DNA of 64,000 bases from Bacillota bacterium (GTDB taxonomy: Bacteria; Bacillota; Ch66; Ch109). The stretch spans positions 448,001-512,000 of the forward strand of contig JBMNLH010000001.1 in the NCBI GenBank assembly GCA_050952625.1. The letters run 5' to 3'. Below the pieces are notes generated by a model, which had not been told where the DNA came from, searched no databases, and worked only from the letters and a program-made list of their open reading frames with translations. Both the position numbers and the translations under genes were made by a program. Positions 10,291-20,374 of the stretch are shown here, one piece after another. Position 1 is the stretch's first letter; the number at the start of each line of letters is the position of its first letter.

Positions 10291-12246
10291 ATGAAGGACG
10301 TTTATGTAGTTTTAGCGTTTCACGCTCATGAAATGATCTGGGATCTGCCGGAGATCCTAACGTCTTACCTGGATGATGGCAACCCGATGAAGGAGACCGT
10401 CTTCGAAGAAAACTATCTGAAAAAACGGCATGAGGAAGGACGAGATATTTATTCTTTGTGCAGTGAATTTGGCGATCGGCTGGATGCCCCCCTGTGTGTC
10501 GAGTATACCAATGAACTGTTATTTCAAATCAAAGACGTTATGCCGAGTACCTTTGAGAAAATGAAAAAAGATTACCAACGCGGCCGGCTGTACCCCTTGT
10601 ACGGTCATGCGCACCATACCCATATTGCTTTACTAAACGCAGAGGAAATGACTCAGGAGGTGGTCTGGAATAAAGAGTACCTCCACAATGTGATGGGTGT
10701 GCCATATCCAAAATACCCGGGGCTTTTTCCGACCGAGGACTCTCTTGATTACCAGAAATTAGCCGGGATTAGCGAGTCAAATATTAGTTATGTTATTTTT
10801 CCTCACCTGCGGCCAGGGAAAGTGCCTTATACGGTTGAGGGAGAAGGGGACATAACCTACAAACCTTTTTTGATTCAGACGGACAAGCAGAATCTATTGG
10901 CCTTTCCCCGCAATTTTCCTATTTCCCAGGAAATATGGTGCCCAATTACTAAAATGAAGCGGGATGAAGTTAAATTTCAAGGGTATATGCTCGGGACCTA
11001 CCCGGTGTTTTACAACGAGTATCTAAATCAGGAAAAAGAAGGGTTTCCCATTTCTTTAGAAGAGGGAGTAGAAATCTACAAAAAAGTCTTACAGACAGAA
11101 CTGGAGAAGGCCCCGGATAAAGCGGTGTTGGTGTATGTCCAGGACCTGGAGTTGATGGATTTTGGCGATATTGCTTTGGAAATAATGGAGAAGGCCTGGC
11201 AGGATATTATTCACCAGGAAGCAAAAAATATTAAGATTCATTTTATCACGCCTGATCAGTATATTGACGAGGTTCTGGGCAAACAAAATATCCGCCACCT
11301 GCCCCGGGTAAAATTTGAGCAGGTTTGCTGGGCCCCAGAAATCAGGCTTATCCTGCGGACTGATGGGCACTATCCGCCCATCGGGGTTACCGGCGTAGGC
11401 CGGTATGATCTGGAAAAAACCGGCGTCTATCACAAACCCCTTATTTTTTGGGAAAACGGAAAATACTTTTGTCGAATTTTTGAGACCTTGATGGCCAACT
11501 TAAATATCACCATACAGGTCCCAATTGGGGCCGAGCAATTGGATACACTCCAGTATCATTTAGATAAATTAGATTTACGGGCCCAAGCAGTAATGTATTT
11601 GCGGCTGATAAAAAGGGCCTGTAATTGGGGCTGGCGACCTACTGAAGGGAGACAGAAACGGCCCTGCCTAAAAGGTTTTCTTTTAGGCCAGGTTCTGCTT
11701 CGCTTGTTGACCGAGTCATCACCTGAATTGATTCTAAACCGGGAGATGAAGGAAATTGATCCACGAAATCTGGTGGGGATCATTGAGGTGCTGCGGGCTT
11801 TTATTGATAATCGGGTGAAGTACCTGAAGTATGGCCTGACCAAGCTGACCCAGGAAAAACCTGGTGTTGATTTAACCGAGGCTTACGCTGAGTTTCCTTT
11901 AGTCGAGGTCTGGAAGAAAAAAGCGGTGGATAGCGTTCGGCAGATGTACCGTGTCTCGATTAGTGATTTAGAGCCAGTGGAAAAAACGCGGGAGATAATC
12001 AGAGGGATGCAGGATTACTGTCAGGCCTTGTTCATCGCCACCGAGCATATTCAACGGTGCTGGGCTAAAGCCGAACATATGGAGTTCTTAGTGGAAAAAA
12101 TGTATGAGTATCTTTATGACCTGTACCCCCCAATGTTCCCGGCGATGGTTACGCAAATTGATGCCATGAGTCAGGAGGAGGTTCAGCAATACTTTGCCCG
12201 ATTAGAACAGGAGGATCAACAGCCAAATGTACTGGCGGCAAAATAA
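10291..12246 (+). CDS. GH57-family glycoside hydrolase
   Basis: N-terminal AFHAHE..DLP, HAHH, FPTE (nucleophile region), QDLE (acid/base region); RBS GAGGAGGAG before ATG 10291. Confidence 0.72.
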   Translation: MKDVYVVLAFHAHEMIWDLPEILTSYLDDGNPMKETVFEENYLKKRHEEGRDIYSLCSEFGDRLDAPLCVEYTNELLFQIKDVMPSTFEKMKKDYQRGRLYPLYGHAHHTHIALLNAEEMTQEVVWNKEYLHNVMGVPYPKYPGLFPTEDSLDYQKLAGISESNISYVIFPHLRPGKVPYTVEGEGDITYKPFLIQTDKQNLLAFPRNFPISQEIWCPITKMKRDEVKFQGYMLGTYPVFYNEYLNQEKEGFPISLEEGVEIYKKVLQTELEKAPDKAVLVYVQDLELMDFGDIALEIMEKAWQDIIHQEAKNIKIHFITPDQYIDEVLGKQNIRHLPRVKFEQVCWAPEIRLILRTDGHYPPIGVTGVGRYDLEKTGVYHKPLIFWENGKYFCRIFETLMANLNITIQVPIGAEQLDTLQYHLDKLDLRAQAVMYLRLIKRACNWGWRPTEGRQKRPCLKGFLLGQVLLRLLTESSPELILNREMKEIDPRNLVGIIEVLRAFIDNRVKYLKYGLTKLTQEKPGVDLTEAYAEFPLVEVWKKKAVDSVRQMYRVSISDLEPVEKTREIIRGMQDYCQALFIATEHIQRCWAKAEHMEFLVEKMYEYLYDLYPPMFPAMVTQIDAMSQEEVQQYFARLEQEDQQPNVLAAK

Positions 12247-12280
12247 GGATACTCTTACCCTCGCCGCCAGTGTTCCTTGA

Positions 12281-12447
12281 TGAGGCTGATCGTCAAGTGC
12301 TGGCCGGTGCTAACGATAACACTGAAGAGATCAGGCAGGCTTTACTCGAAGCTGATCGTCAAGTGCTGGCCGGTGTTAACGATAACACTGAAGAGATCGG
12401 GCAGGCTTTACTCGAAGCTGATCGTCAAGCATTAACCGGTGTTAACC
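12281..12447. repeat. 66-bp tandem repeat, about 2.5 copies, in frame within ORF 12270-12497
   Basis: GCTGATCGTCAAG recurs at 12285, 12351 and 12417. Confidence 0.9.
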
Positions 12448-12471
12448 GCAAGGTAGGTAGGCTATCGCCCT

Positions 12472-14268
12472 TTAGCCCCTTGGACTTTCTAAGATAATAA
12501 GGTTGCCCGGGGTCAAGATTTGGCTTTCGCCTTCGACGCTCCCGCCGTAGATAGGCCACTCGGAGTTTAAGAGATGGGCTCCCGGATAGGGTAAAGGCCG
12601 GTTTTCTTGACCCAGGTTAAATAAGGCGATTAATTCTCGGTTCTCGCGCCACCGTCTTACCGTAATGAGCCGCAGTTCTTCTTGAACCTGGACCTCCAGG
12701 TTGAATTTATCCAGGACCCTTAGGACCGGATGAGTCCGGCGAAGAGCGAGCAGGTCGCGGTAAAAAGCAAACATAAACTTGTTTTGATCATCCCACTCGG
12801 TGCGGGGCGTTAGCTTGGAACGGTAAAAAGTGGCAGGATCCTGAGGGTTGGGTGCTTTTCCCCAGCTAAAACGTTGGAATTCTTTCTGACGTCCCTTGAC
12901 CACCGCGTCCTTTAGGTCCGGATCAGTAAAGTCAGTAAAAAACTGAAAAGGATTTTTTTCTGCATACTCTTCACCCATAAAAATCAGCGGCAGATAAGGA
13001 GAAATCAGGACCAAGCCAGCAGCAGCTTTCAGATAAGGAAATTCAACCAGTTGGGAGAGCCGCTCCCCTTGAGCTCGGTTGCCAACCTGATCATGGTTTT
13101 GAGTGGCAACGACAAACTGTTTGCCCGGGTTAGCCGAAGCATCACTGCCCCGATTTTTCTTCAGAAACCGGGAGTATTCGCCAGTATATAGGTAGTTCTT
13201 AAATACCTTCTCAAAGTCCTTGATTCGGCCATAATCCAAATAATAACCGTCTAATTCCCCGGTTAAAACGGTGTGGATACAGTGATGAAAATCATCCATC
13301 CATTGGGCATCTATCCCGTAGCCACCCTGATCAATGGGGTTAATCAGTTTAACATTATTTTCGTCGGTTTCGGCAATTACAACCAAGCGGCGGCCTTGTT
13401 GGGCGGCCAGTTTTTTCACGGTTTGACTAATCTCTTGCAGGATATGGAGTTCACTGTCGTCCAGGATAGCGTGAACTGCATCCAAGCGAAGTCCGTCAAA
13501 GTGATAGTTTTCAATCCAGTGGGTAACATTGTCCAATACCATTTGACGCGTAAACTCGCAAAATGCGTCATCGTAGTTTACCGCGGCTCCCCACGGCGTC
13601 TCGTGCTTATAGGTGAAGTAAGGACCAAACTCCGGCAGGTAGTTTCCTTCCGGTCCCAGGTGGTTATAAACGACATCCAGCAGGACCGCGAGCCCTTTTT
13701 GGTGACACTGGTCAATCAGATACTTAAGGTCGTCCGGGGTACCATAGTTGTGATTAACGCTGAACAAAAAAACTCCATCATAGCCCCAATTCCACCGGCC
13801 TGGGGTCTGAGCCAGGGGCATGAGTTCCAGGGTATTTACTCCGAGTTCGAGTAAATAATCCAACTTCGCGGCAGCTGCCCGAAAGGTGCCCTCTGCGGTA
13901 AAAGTCCCCACGTGCAATTCATAGATCACCATTTCTTCAAGGTCTCGTCCCGGCCAGCTCTGGTCGTGCCAGGTATATGTCTGATGGTTCACGACTTGGG
14001 AGAATTCATGCACGCCAAAAGGCTGAAAGTGGCTGTAAGGATCCGGGAAATTTTTATCATTAGCCAGCCTAAATTTATAGAGCAGGTCCAGACCTAAGCC
14101 AGTCACCGTAGCGGTATAAACGTGGGGTCGTTCCTCGGTCATGGGGAATAGTTCTACCCGATCTTTTGACTGCACTACCAGGCTAATTTCGGGTTTATCA
14201 AACGCAAAGACGCGAAAGGAAACCTCTGCATTTTGGGGATCTTTAATCCAGGCACCCATTGGCTTCAT
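12472..14268 (-). CDS. treZ: Malto-oligosyltrehalose trehalohydrolase
   Basis: IYELHVGTFT, WNWGYDGV, DVVYNHLGPEGNY, DGLRLDAVHAI, QNHDQVGNR, FMGEEY. Confidence 0.93.
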   Translation of the reverse strand: MKPMGAWIKDPQNAEVSFRVFAFDKPEISLVVQSKDRVELFPMTEERPHVYTATVTGLGLDLLYKFRLANDKNFPDPYSHFQPFGVHEFSQVVNHQTYTWHDQSWPGRDLEEMVIYELHVGTFTAEGTFRAAAAKLDYLLELGVNTLELMPLAQTPGRWNWGYDGVFLFSVNHNYGTPDDLKYLIDQCHQKGLAVLLDVVYNHLGPEGNYLPEFGPYFTYKHETPWGAAVNYDDAFCEFTRQMVLDNVTHWIENYHFDGLRLDAVHAILDDSELHILQEISQTVKKLAAQQGRRLVVIAETDENNVKLINPIDQGGYGIDAQWMDDFHHCIHTVLTGELDGYYLDYGRIKDFEKVFKNYLYTGEYSRFLKKNRGSDASANPGKQFVVATQNHDQVGNRAQGERLSQLVEFPYLKAAAGLVLISPYLPLIFMGEEYAEKNPFQFFTDFTDPDLKDAVVKGRQKEFQRFSWGKAPNPQDPATFYRSKLTPRTEWDDQNKFMFAFYRDLLALRRTHPVLRVLDKFNLEVQVQEELRLITVRRWRENRELIALFNLGQENRPLPYPGAHLLNSEWPIYGGSVEGESQILTPGNLIILESPRG

Positions 14269-14548
14269 GTTTAATCGCCTCACTTAGTCGTTGAATTGAA
14301 TAGTCCGTTTTATTTCATGGATGTAATAGCTTAAGGACCCACATACAGCTAAGCAGCACTATCATCGAATGTATAATCCATGATTCGTAGTGTTTCAATG
14401 AGGTCAGCGATCGGCGATTTACCTATATTATTCTGTTTTCTTCTCAGTCTAGCCTGCTGACCGAGTTAAACACTAGCGTGACTACTAAAGCATAATATAA
14501 CCAGAGAATTAGGAAACTATATAAACTAATACCGAGAGGGGGCCCCTT

Positions 14549-15790
14549 ATGCAACTGGTTTCAGTCAACCGCAAAATTTACCAGGATTATCTAGAGTTCT
14601 TAGACCGCGATATTCAAAATGAACTTGATTTATTAGTGGGTGCACTAAAAGATAAACGGATCGCTATGGTAAACGCCACTTCGTTCGGAGGCGGGGTGGC
14701 CGAGATTCTACATTCAATGGTTCCTTTGATGCGGGATATGGGACTAGCGATTGATTGGTGGACGCTTCAGGCAGCAGACGAGTTTTATTATGTAACCAAA
14801 ACTTTTCATAACCGACTCCAGGGGCAGGAAGGGAGTATTACTGAAAGGGAAAAGGCGGTTTACCTCAAGTACTGTCAGCTCAACGCTGAGTTTATGCGCG
14901 ATTGGGAGTACGACTTTATTGTGATGCACGATCCCCAGACTGCCGGTCTGATATCCTTTCGGGAGCCAAGGGGCCGTGAAAGATGGATCTGGCGGTGTCA
15001 TATCGATACCTCGAGTCCAAACCAGGAATACTGGGATTTTATTTATCAATTTATTAGTCAATATCATGCAGCAATTTTTACGATTGAGGATTTTGTCAAC
15101 GAAAGAGTCGACATTAAAAATATAACCTTTATCACTCCTTCCATTGATCCAATCAGCTCCAAAAATATACCGCTAGACAAAGATGAGGCTAAGCGTATTA
15201 TTGTCCAGTTCGGGATTGACCCTCATCGACCATTAATCACTCAGGTCTCTCGTTTCGACCCTTGGAAGGATCCTTTGGGCGTTATCGATGCCTACCGCAT
15301 TGTCAAAAAGGAATTTCCCAGCGTACAGCTAGCCTTAGTCGGTTCTATGGCGACCGATGACCCGGAGGGGTGGGATTACCTTTATCGAACAATTCGACGA
15401 GCCGGGGAGGATTATGATATCATTATTGTCACCAACTTTAATGGGGTTTCCAATCGAGAAGTCAACGCCTTTCAGACCGCTTCAGATATCGTTCTTCAGA
15501 AATCATTAAGAGAAGGTTTCGGGTTGACTGTTTCCGAAGGACTGTGGAAGGGATCCCCGGTAATCGGCGGTAATGTAGGAGGTATAAGGCTGCAAATTGA
15601 GGATGGAGTGACTGGCTACCTAGTTAATACTGTGGAAGAATGTGCCGAAAAGGTTTTAACCCTTTTGCGCAATCCGCTCCTAGCGGATAGCATGGCCCAA
15701 GCCGGCAGAGAGCATGTCCGCCGGGAATTCTTGATTACCACCAATATTTTGCGTTATTTTAGACTGTTTCATAGTCTGGCCAATAATTAA
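14549..15790 (+). CDS. treT: Trehalose glycosyl-transferring synthase (GT4, TreT-like)
   Basis: VNATSFGGGVAEIL, HDPQ, WRCHIDTS, QVSRFDPWKDPLG, QKSLREGFGLTVSEGLWK. Confidence 0.85.
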   Translation: MQLVSVNRKIYQDYLEFLDRDIQNELDLLVGALKDKRIAMVNATSFGGGVAEILHSMVPLMRDMGLAIDWWTLQAADEFYYVTKTFHNRLQGQEGSITEREKAVYLKYCQLNAEFMRDWEYDFIVMHDPQTAGLISFREPRGRERWIWRCHIDTSSPNQEYWDFIYQFISQYHAAIFTIEDFVNERVDIKNITFITPSIDPISSKNIPLDKDEAKRIIVQFGIDPHRPLITQVSRFDPWKDPLGVIDAYRIVKKEFPSVQLALVGSMATDDPEGWDYLYRTIRRAGEDYDIIIVTNFNGVSNREVNAFQTASDIVLQKSLREGFGLTVSEGLWKGSPVIGGNVGGIRLQIEDGVTGYLVNTVEECAEKVLTLLRNPLLADSMAQAGREHVRREFLITTNILRYFRLFHSLANN

Positions 15791-15802
15791 AGCAGGTATA
15801 GA

Positions 15803-15834
15803 AAAGGCCTAAACCAAATTATGGTTCAGGCCTT
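15803..15834. terminator. Probable bidirectional intrinsic terminator
   Basis: AAAGGCCTAAACCA...TGGTTCAGGCCTTT inverted repeat between convergent genes. Confidence 0.65.
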
Positions 15835-15859
15835 TGACTAAATCAAAAGACATCATAAA

Positions 15860-16159
15860 TCAATCCCACCAGCTATACTTGTTTTTAGGTTTTGGCGGTT
15901 TCTTATGAGTTAGGCGCCAACCAATGCCTAAAATGATTGCTAATAAGAGTAAACCACCTAGGGTGGGGACCAGGTATTGCCGATTCCACAACTCTTGTTC
16001 TTGCATGGCCTTCGCATATGCCTGGACCAGCTCCCAGGTCTGATTGCCTATAACCACTACCGAACTGCTATCGGCTAAACTTACTGGGGATTGGGTTAAT
16101 AAGATCAGACAGACCAGAGTTACTGTTATCCACCACTTTAGAGATGTGTAAATCTTCAC
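15860..16159 (-). CDS. Hypothetical membrane protein (signal peptide plus C-terminal TM anchor)
   Basis: RBS AGGGGG before GTG 16159; hydrophobic N- and C-terminal segments with a basic tail. Confidence 0.6.
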   Translation of the reverse strand: MKIYTSLKWWITVTLVCLILLTQSPVSLADSSSVVVIGNQTWELVQAYAKAMQEQELWNRQYLVPTLGGLLLLAIILGIGWRLTHKKPPKPKNKYSWWD

Positions 16160-16245
16160 ATGACCACCCCCTAAAATTATGCTATAACAGTAATTGTAAT
16201 TTTTCAAGGCTTTCGACATTACTATTCAAAAAGGGTTATTATTGT

Positions 16246-17745
16246 TTAGACCTCGTACTTGCTCCGCAACTGACTTTTCATTACTTTTCCCATCGTATTT
16301 CTAGGTAGGGCCTCGATTTCGTAAATACTTTTAGGTCGTTTATAGCCGGCTAGTTTGGCTTGGCACAAAGCAGTAAGTGCAGTCAGATCGATGGTTTGTC
16401 CGGGTTTAGGGACAACCACGGCAACCACCCGTTCTCCCAGGTCATCATCAGGAACACCAATGACTGCTGCTTCTAGGACCGCCGGGTTGGTTTCCAGCAG
16501 GGCTTCTATTTCTTTCGGATAAACATTCATCCCGCCGGAAATAATCAGATCCTTAGACCGTCCGACCAAAAATAAATACCCGTCACTGTCCTGATACCCT
16601 AAATCCCCGGTCTTAAACCATTCGTCAATAAATGATTCTGCTGTTTTGTCTGGCATTTGCCAGTATCCCTGGAAGACGTTTTTGCCTTTAACCAGGACCT
16701 CCCCAACTTCACCCGGATTAACGTCTTTCCCAGCCGGGTCCACAATCCGCATCGCTACTCCCGGCAGAGGTAGACCCACGCCACCCGGCTTGCGCTCGCC
16801 ATTCAATGGATTTGAGGTATTGATTCCAGTTTCGGACATCCCATAGCGTTCCAAAACCGCCTGGCCGAAGATTTGTTGAAAATGTTCAAAGGTGGCGGCA
16901 GAAAGGGGAGCGGAACCGGATATCCACAGACGCATGGAACTGAGATTATATTCTTTTGGATTAGGTATTTGCAGAAGTCGGTGATACATCGTGGGAACGC
17001 CCATGAAAACAGTACAGTGGTACTTATCGATGGCCGCTAGGGTGGTCACTGGGTCAAATTTAGTATGGATTATCATCTCCATCCCGGCGTTTAACGCACC
17101 GTGAAAGGCAAATATCAGACCGTGGACGTGGAAAATCGGCAAAACGTGGAGCAAGACATCTTGATCCGAGTGGCCCCAGATATCATGGAGGGTGCTGATG
17201 GTAGCCAGCAGATTGGCCTGACTTAACATTGCCCCTTTGGAGCGGCCGGTGGTTCCGGAGGTGTAGATGATGAGTGCCGTGTCGTTAGACTGGGCTGGGC
17301 AAGCAGTTCGGTCTGGTTGGGCGGTGAGCAAAGAATCGAAGGACACTGGTCCAGTGTTGGAGTCAGTAATGACCACATGTTTAAGTTCGGGAAACTCAGG
17401 TGATTCCGGCAGGGCAAAATCAGCGTGGCTGGCTTCGGTGACAAATACCTTGGCCCGGGAGTCAGCCAGAAAATAGGCGATTTCTTCCCGGGTATAGGCT
17501 GGGTTAAGGGGGATAGTAATACTTCCTAATTGCAGGTTCGCCAGATGGGCATATAAAAACTCCAAACACTTGGGCAACTGAATGGCGACCCGGTCGCCTG
17601 GCTGAACCCCCAGGTCGTGTAGGCCCTGGCGCACCCGAGCCGCTGAATCCCATAGTTGGCCGTAGGTAATAACTTGGTCATCGAATAGCAGTCGCTTATC
17701 CGGGTATTTTTCAATGTTGAGCTTAATTTGGTTGGCCAGGTTCAT
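16246..17745 (-). CDS. AMP-binding acyl-CoA synthetase (malonyl-CoA synthetase MatB-like)
   Basis: YTSGTTGRSKG, LPIFHVHGL, ERYGMSET, WFKTGDLG, GRSKDLIISGG, LPRNTMGK. Confidence 0.9.
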   Translation of the reverse strand: MNLANQIKLNIEKYPDKRLLFDDQVITYGQLWDSAARVRQGLHDLGVQPGDRVAIQLPKCLEFLYAHLANLQLGSITIPLNPAYTREEIAYFLADSRAKVFVTEASHADFALPESPEFPELKHVVITDSNTGPVSFDSLLTAQPDRTACPAQSNDTALIIYTSGTTGRSKGAMLSQANLLATISTLHDIWGHSDQDVLLHVLPIFHVHGLIFAFHGALNAGMEMIIHTKFDPVTTLAAIDKYHCTVFMGVPTMYHRLLQIPNPKEYNLSSMRLWISGSAPLSAATFEHFQQIFGQAVLERYGMSETGINTSNPLNGERKPGGVGLPLPGVAMRIVDPAGKDVNPGEVGEVLVKGKNVFQGYWQMPDKTAESFIDEWFKTGDLGYQDSDGYLFLVGRSKDLIISGGMNVYPKEIEALLETNPAVLEAAVIGVPDDDLGERVVAVVVPKPGQTIDLTALTALCQAKLAGYKRPKSIYEIEALPRNTMGKVMKSQLRSKYEV

Positions 17746-17894
17746 TGTAATAATCCCTCCCGTGTTTTCTTTATCCTTCAGTTTACTACTCTTGAATTAG
17801 GGATGGAATACTCTGTCTGAGGATTAATCATTAATGCCAAATTTACCATAATAACATATAGCATAAAATGTAAAATGGACCAGTATTCAAGGTA

Positions 17895-17972
17895 GTTAGT
17901 AAGAAAATAACACGTTTCTCGTAGTTTGTGTTATTTTCATCCGTGGTTGTGCCCTGCGGGCATGGGCTGTTT
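17895..17972 (+). repeat. ~80-bp double-hairpin repeat, copy 1
   Basis: GTTAG-AAAATAACAC..GTGTTATTTT-GTGGTTGTGCCCTGCGGGCATGGGC; also at 21283(-) and 21860(+). Confidence 0.8.
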
Positions 17973-18016
17973 ATATGGAAAAAAGGTCAAGGTAATACTT
18001 GGTTAGACGGTCAAGG

Positions 18017-19399
18017 TCAGAGTAAACCGTACCGCTTCATCTTACGCCAGAGCGTACTTTTATCTATCCCCAAGGCCTGCGCGGTCTTGCCTCGGTGTCC
18101 TTGAAACTGTTCGAGAGTTCGGCTGATCAAGGCAATTTCGCTTTCCTGCCGGGTTTGGTTAATGATCGGCTGGTTTGGGCTAGTTTGAGCTTGGTTATTT
18201 TGATAATCGAAGATATCTGAGGAATTGCCTTGAACCACTTCTTTCGGTAAATGCTCCAATTCAATTTGATTTCCCCGGCACAAGATAAAGGCGTGTTCTA
18301 AAAGGTTTTCTAATTCCCGGATGTTGCCCGGGAACGAATAGCTTAGCAAAAACTGCAGAACCTCACCAGAAACCTGACTGATTCGTTTATCTTTCTTTAA
18401 ATTAAGCTTACGGAGGAAGTGTTCAACCAGAAGCGGGATATCCTCCCGACGTTCGTTTAAAGAGGGTAACTTAATCTTTAGGATATTTAAACGGTAGTAA
18501 AGATCTTGCCGAAATGTTTTTTGTTGCACCATTTCCAGCAAGTTTCGGTTGGTAGCCGCAATGATCCTGACATCGGTTTTCACCGGAGTAGTTGCTCCAA
18601 GTGGTACATACTCTCTTTCCTGAAGAACCCGAAGCAGTTTCACCTGAAAAGCTGGCGAAAGTTCTCCGACTTCATCTAGAAAGATTGTTCCCTTTTCCGC
18701 CTGAGCAAACCGACCCGGTTTATCTTTTTTGGCATCGGTAAAAGCTCCCCGGACATAACCGAAAAGTTCGGATTCCAGCAGGGTGTCTGGCAGGGCCCCG
18801 CAGTTAACCGCGATAAAGGGTTTATCATGGCGAGGGCTTAAATTATGGATGGCTTTGGTCATAAGTTCCTTCCCGGAACCGCTTGGTCCTTCAATTAAAA
18901 CAGTCGCATCACTATCGGCTACATCTGGGAGAATGGAGAAGATTTCTTGCATCGTGTGGTTCTTGCTGATAATGTCTTGGAAGCTGTACTGTCCAGAAAG
19001 TTCTTTGCGCAATTCTTCCAGAGCCGAAAGGTCGCGAAATGTCTCTACCCCGCCGATAAGACGGCCTGTTTGATCAGTTAGGATCGCAGTGCTGATACTG
19101 ATGGGTATTTGATCACCCTTGTGGTTAAGGACATTGATATGCAGATCGATAATTTCCTGACCTGAATTAATTGTATGTTTAAGAGCACAATTGCCTTGGC
19201 AGATATTAGCGTGAAAAACATCGTAGCACTTCTGACCGATCGCCTGCTCACGGGATATGCCGATAATTTTCTCAGCCGCTCGGTTAAATGATTTAATAAT
19301 GAAGTTTCGGTCAACAGTAAAGATTCCATCAGCAACACTATCTAAAATTGTCCGAACATGCAGATTATCCTGAAAGTCGTGACTGATATCGTGACCCAT
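18017..19399 (-). CDS. PAS-domain sigma54-dependent transcriptional activator (OrpR-like)
   Basis: PAS with C-x8-C-x3-C (CYDVFHANICQGNC), Walker A GPSGSGKE, ESELFG, GAFTDA, FLDEVGE, PGNIRELEN, Fis-type HTH. Confidence 0.92.
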   Translation of the reverse strand: MGHDISHDFQDNLHVRTILDSVADGIFTVDRNFIIKSFNRAAEKIIGISREQAIGQKCYDVFHANICQGNCALKHTINSGQEIIDLHINVLNHKGDQIPISISTAILTDQTGRLIGGVETFRDLSALEELRKELSGQYSFQDIISKNHTMQEIFSILPDVADSDATVLIEGPSGSGKELMTKAIHNLSPRHDKPFIAVNCGALPDTLLESELFGYVRGAFTDAKKDKPGRFAQAEKGTIFLDEVGELSPAFQVKLLRVLQEREYVPLGATTPVKTDVRIIAATNRNLLEMVQQKTFRQDLYYRLNILKIKLPSLNERREDIPLLVEHFLRKLNLKKDKRISQVSGEVLQFLLSYSFPGNIRELENLLEHAFILCRGNQIELEHLPKEVVQGNSSDIFDYQNNQAQTSPNQPIINQTRQESEIALISRTLEQFQGHRGKTAQALGIDKSTLWRKMKRYGLL

Positions 19400-19446
19400 A
19401 AAAATACCCTCCCGCAAATAATGCAACTATATTATTGCATCAATCA

Positions 19447-19460
19447 TTGCAACAATGCAA
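19447..19460. promoter_or_regulatory. TTGCA-N4-TGCAA palindrome, candidate operator/enhancer of the sigma54 activator
   Basis: TTGCAACAATGCAA just upstream of the activator gene; same pattern at 22847-22860. Confidence 0.5.
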
Positions 19461-19483
19461 GAGGGTGAGGCTTTTAAATTTAC

Positions 19484-20374
19484 TTAATCAATAGACATTC
19501 TAAGACCGGTCGGGCAGGGAAAGCAGCGGTCAGGGAATTCGGTTTGTAAAGCGAACGCGCCCATTGCTCCGGTACAGTGTCCCAGGCCAATTCTTTGAAC
19601 TGAATATTCCCTCAAAGTCTGGATCGTCTGTTTCACTAGTTTGGCGGAGGCCCCATTTAGGTGCATCCCGCCAATAACCATGTAAATGCTGGTTTGACCA
19701 GTCAAGGCTTTAACTCGATCAAAGGTAGCCTTCAGGCCAGAATGACAGCAGCCCAGGATGACAATTAAACCCTTTCGACTCTCCAGAATTAAAGCCTGGT
19801 CGTCTTTAATAAGGTCTGGGCGGGTTCCCGCACGGTCCTCAAAGAAGTGCTTTACCGTTAGGTCCGGTTGGCTTTTTGGTATTTCACCAGTGTTTAGACA
19901 CCCTGGAAAGAGAATGACAGAATCATGGGATAGATTAAATCGTTTGGAGTTTAATAATGCAGCGGGAACCCCAATCTCCCGCGCTTCGCCGCCCATAGGC
20001 GGCAAATAAAACCGGCACTTAAAAATATCAGGGTGAGCGTACACCTGGGCCTTAGAGTTTAACTGGAGGATATCAGCCAGGCCTCCAGTATGATCATAAT
20101 GACCATGACTGATGACGATTTTATCTACTGCGCTCAAATCAAGACCCAGGGGTTTAGCGTTGGCTAAAAGTAGGGAGCTTTGACCGGTGTCAAAGAGGAT
20201 CCGGCCCTTATTGCTCTCAATGAGGACTGACCACCCGTGTTCAGCCTTTAAACCAGGAAGCTGGACCGTATTTTCCACGAGAATACTAATGCAGATAGTT
20301 GAATTACTAGGAGAAGACAAAGTTTTAACCTCCATCTTTGGCATTTTTACCAGGTTTTTATTATTGTTCTTCAT
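19484..20374 (-). CDS. MBL-fold metallo-hydrolase
   Basis: AEHGWS, LFDTG, SHGHYDHTGG, GCCHSG, GGMHL, GHCTG; true start may lie further downstream. Confidence 0.9.
   Translation of the reverse strand: MKNNNKNLVKMPKMEVKTLSSPSNSTICISILVENTVQLPGLKAEHGWSVLIESNKGRILFDTGQSSLLLANAKPLGLDLSAVDKIVISHGHYDHTGGLADILQLNSKAQVYAHPDIFKCRFYLPPMGGEAREIGVPAALLNSKRFNLSHDSVILFPGCLNTGEIPKSQPDLTVKHFFEDRAGTRPDLIKDDQALILESRKGLIVILGCCHSGLKATFDRVKALTGQTSIYMVIGGMHLNGASAKLVKQTIQTLREYSVQRIGLGHCTGAMGAFALQTEFPDRCFPCPTGLRMSID

Noticed and set aside
12281-12447. Possible CRISPR array
   Set aside because: Units are contiguous 66-bp tandem copies with no unique spacers, and no cas operon is present.
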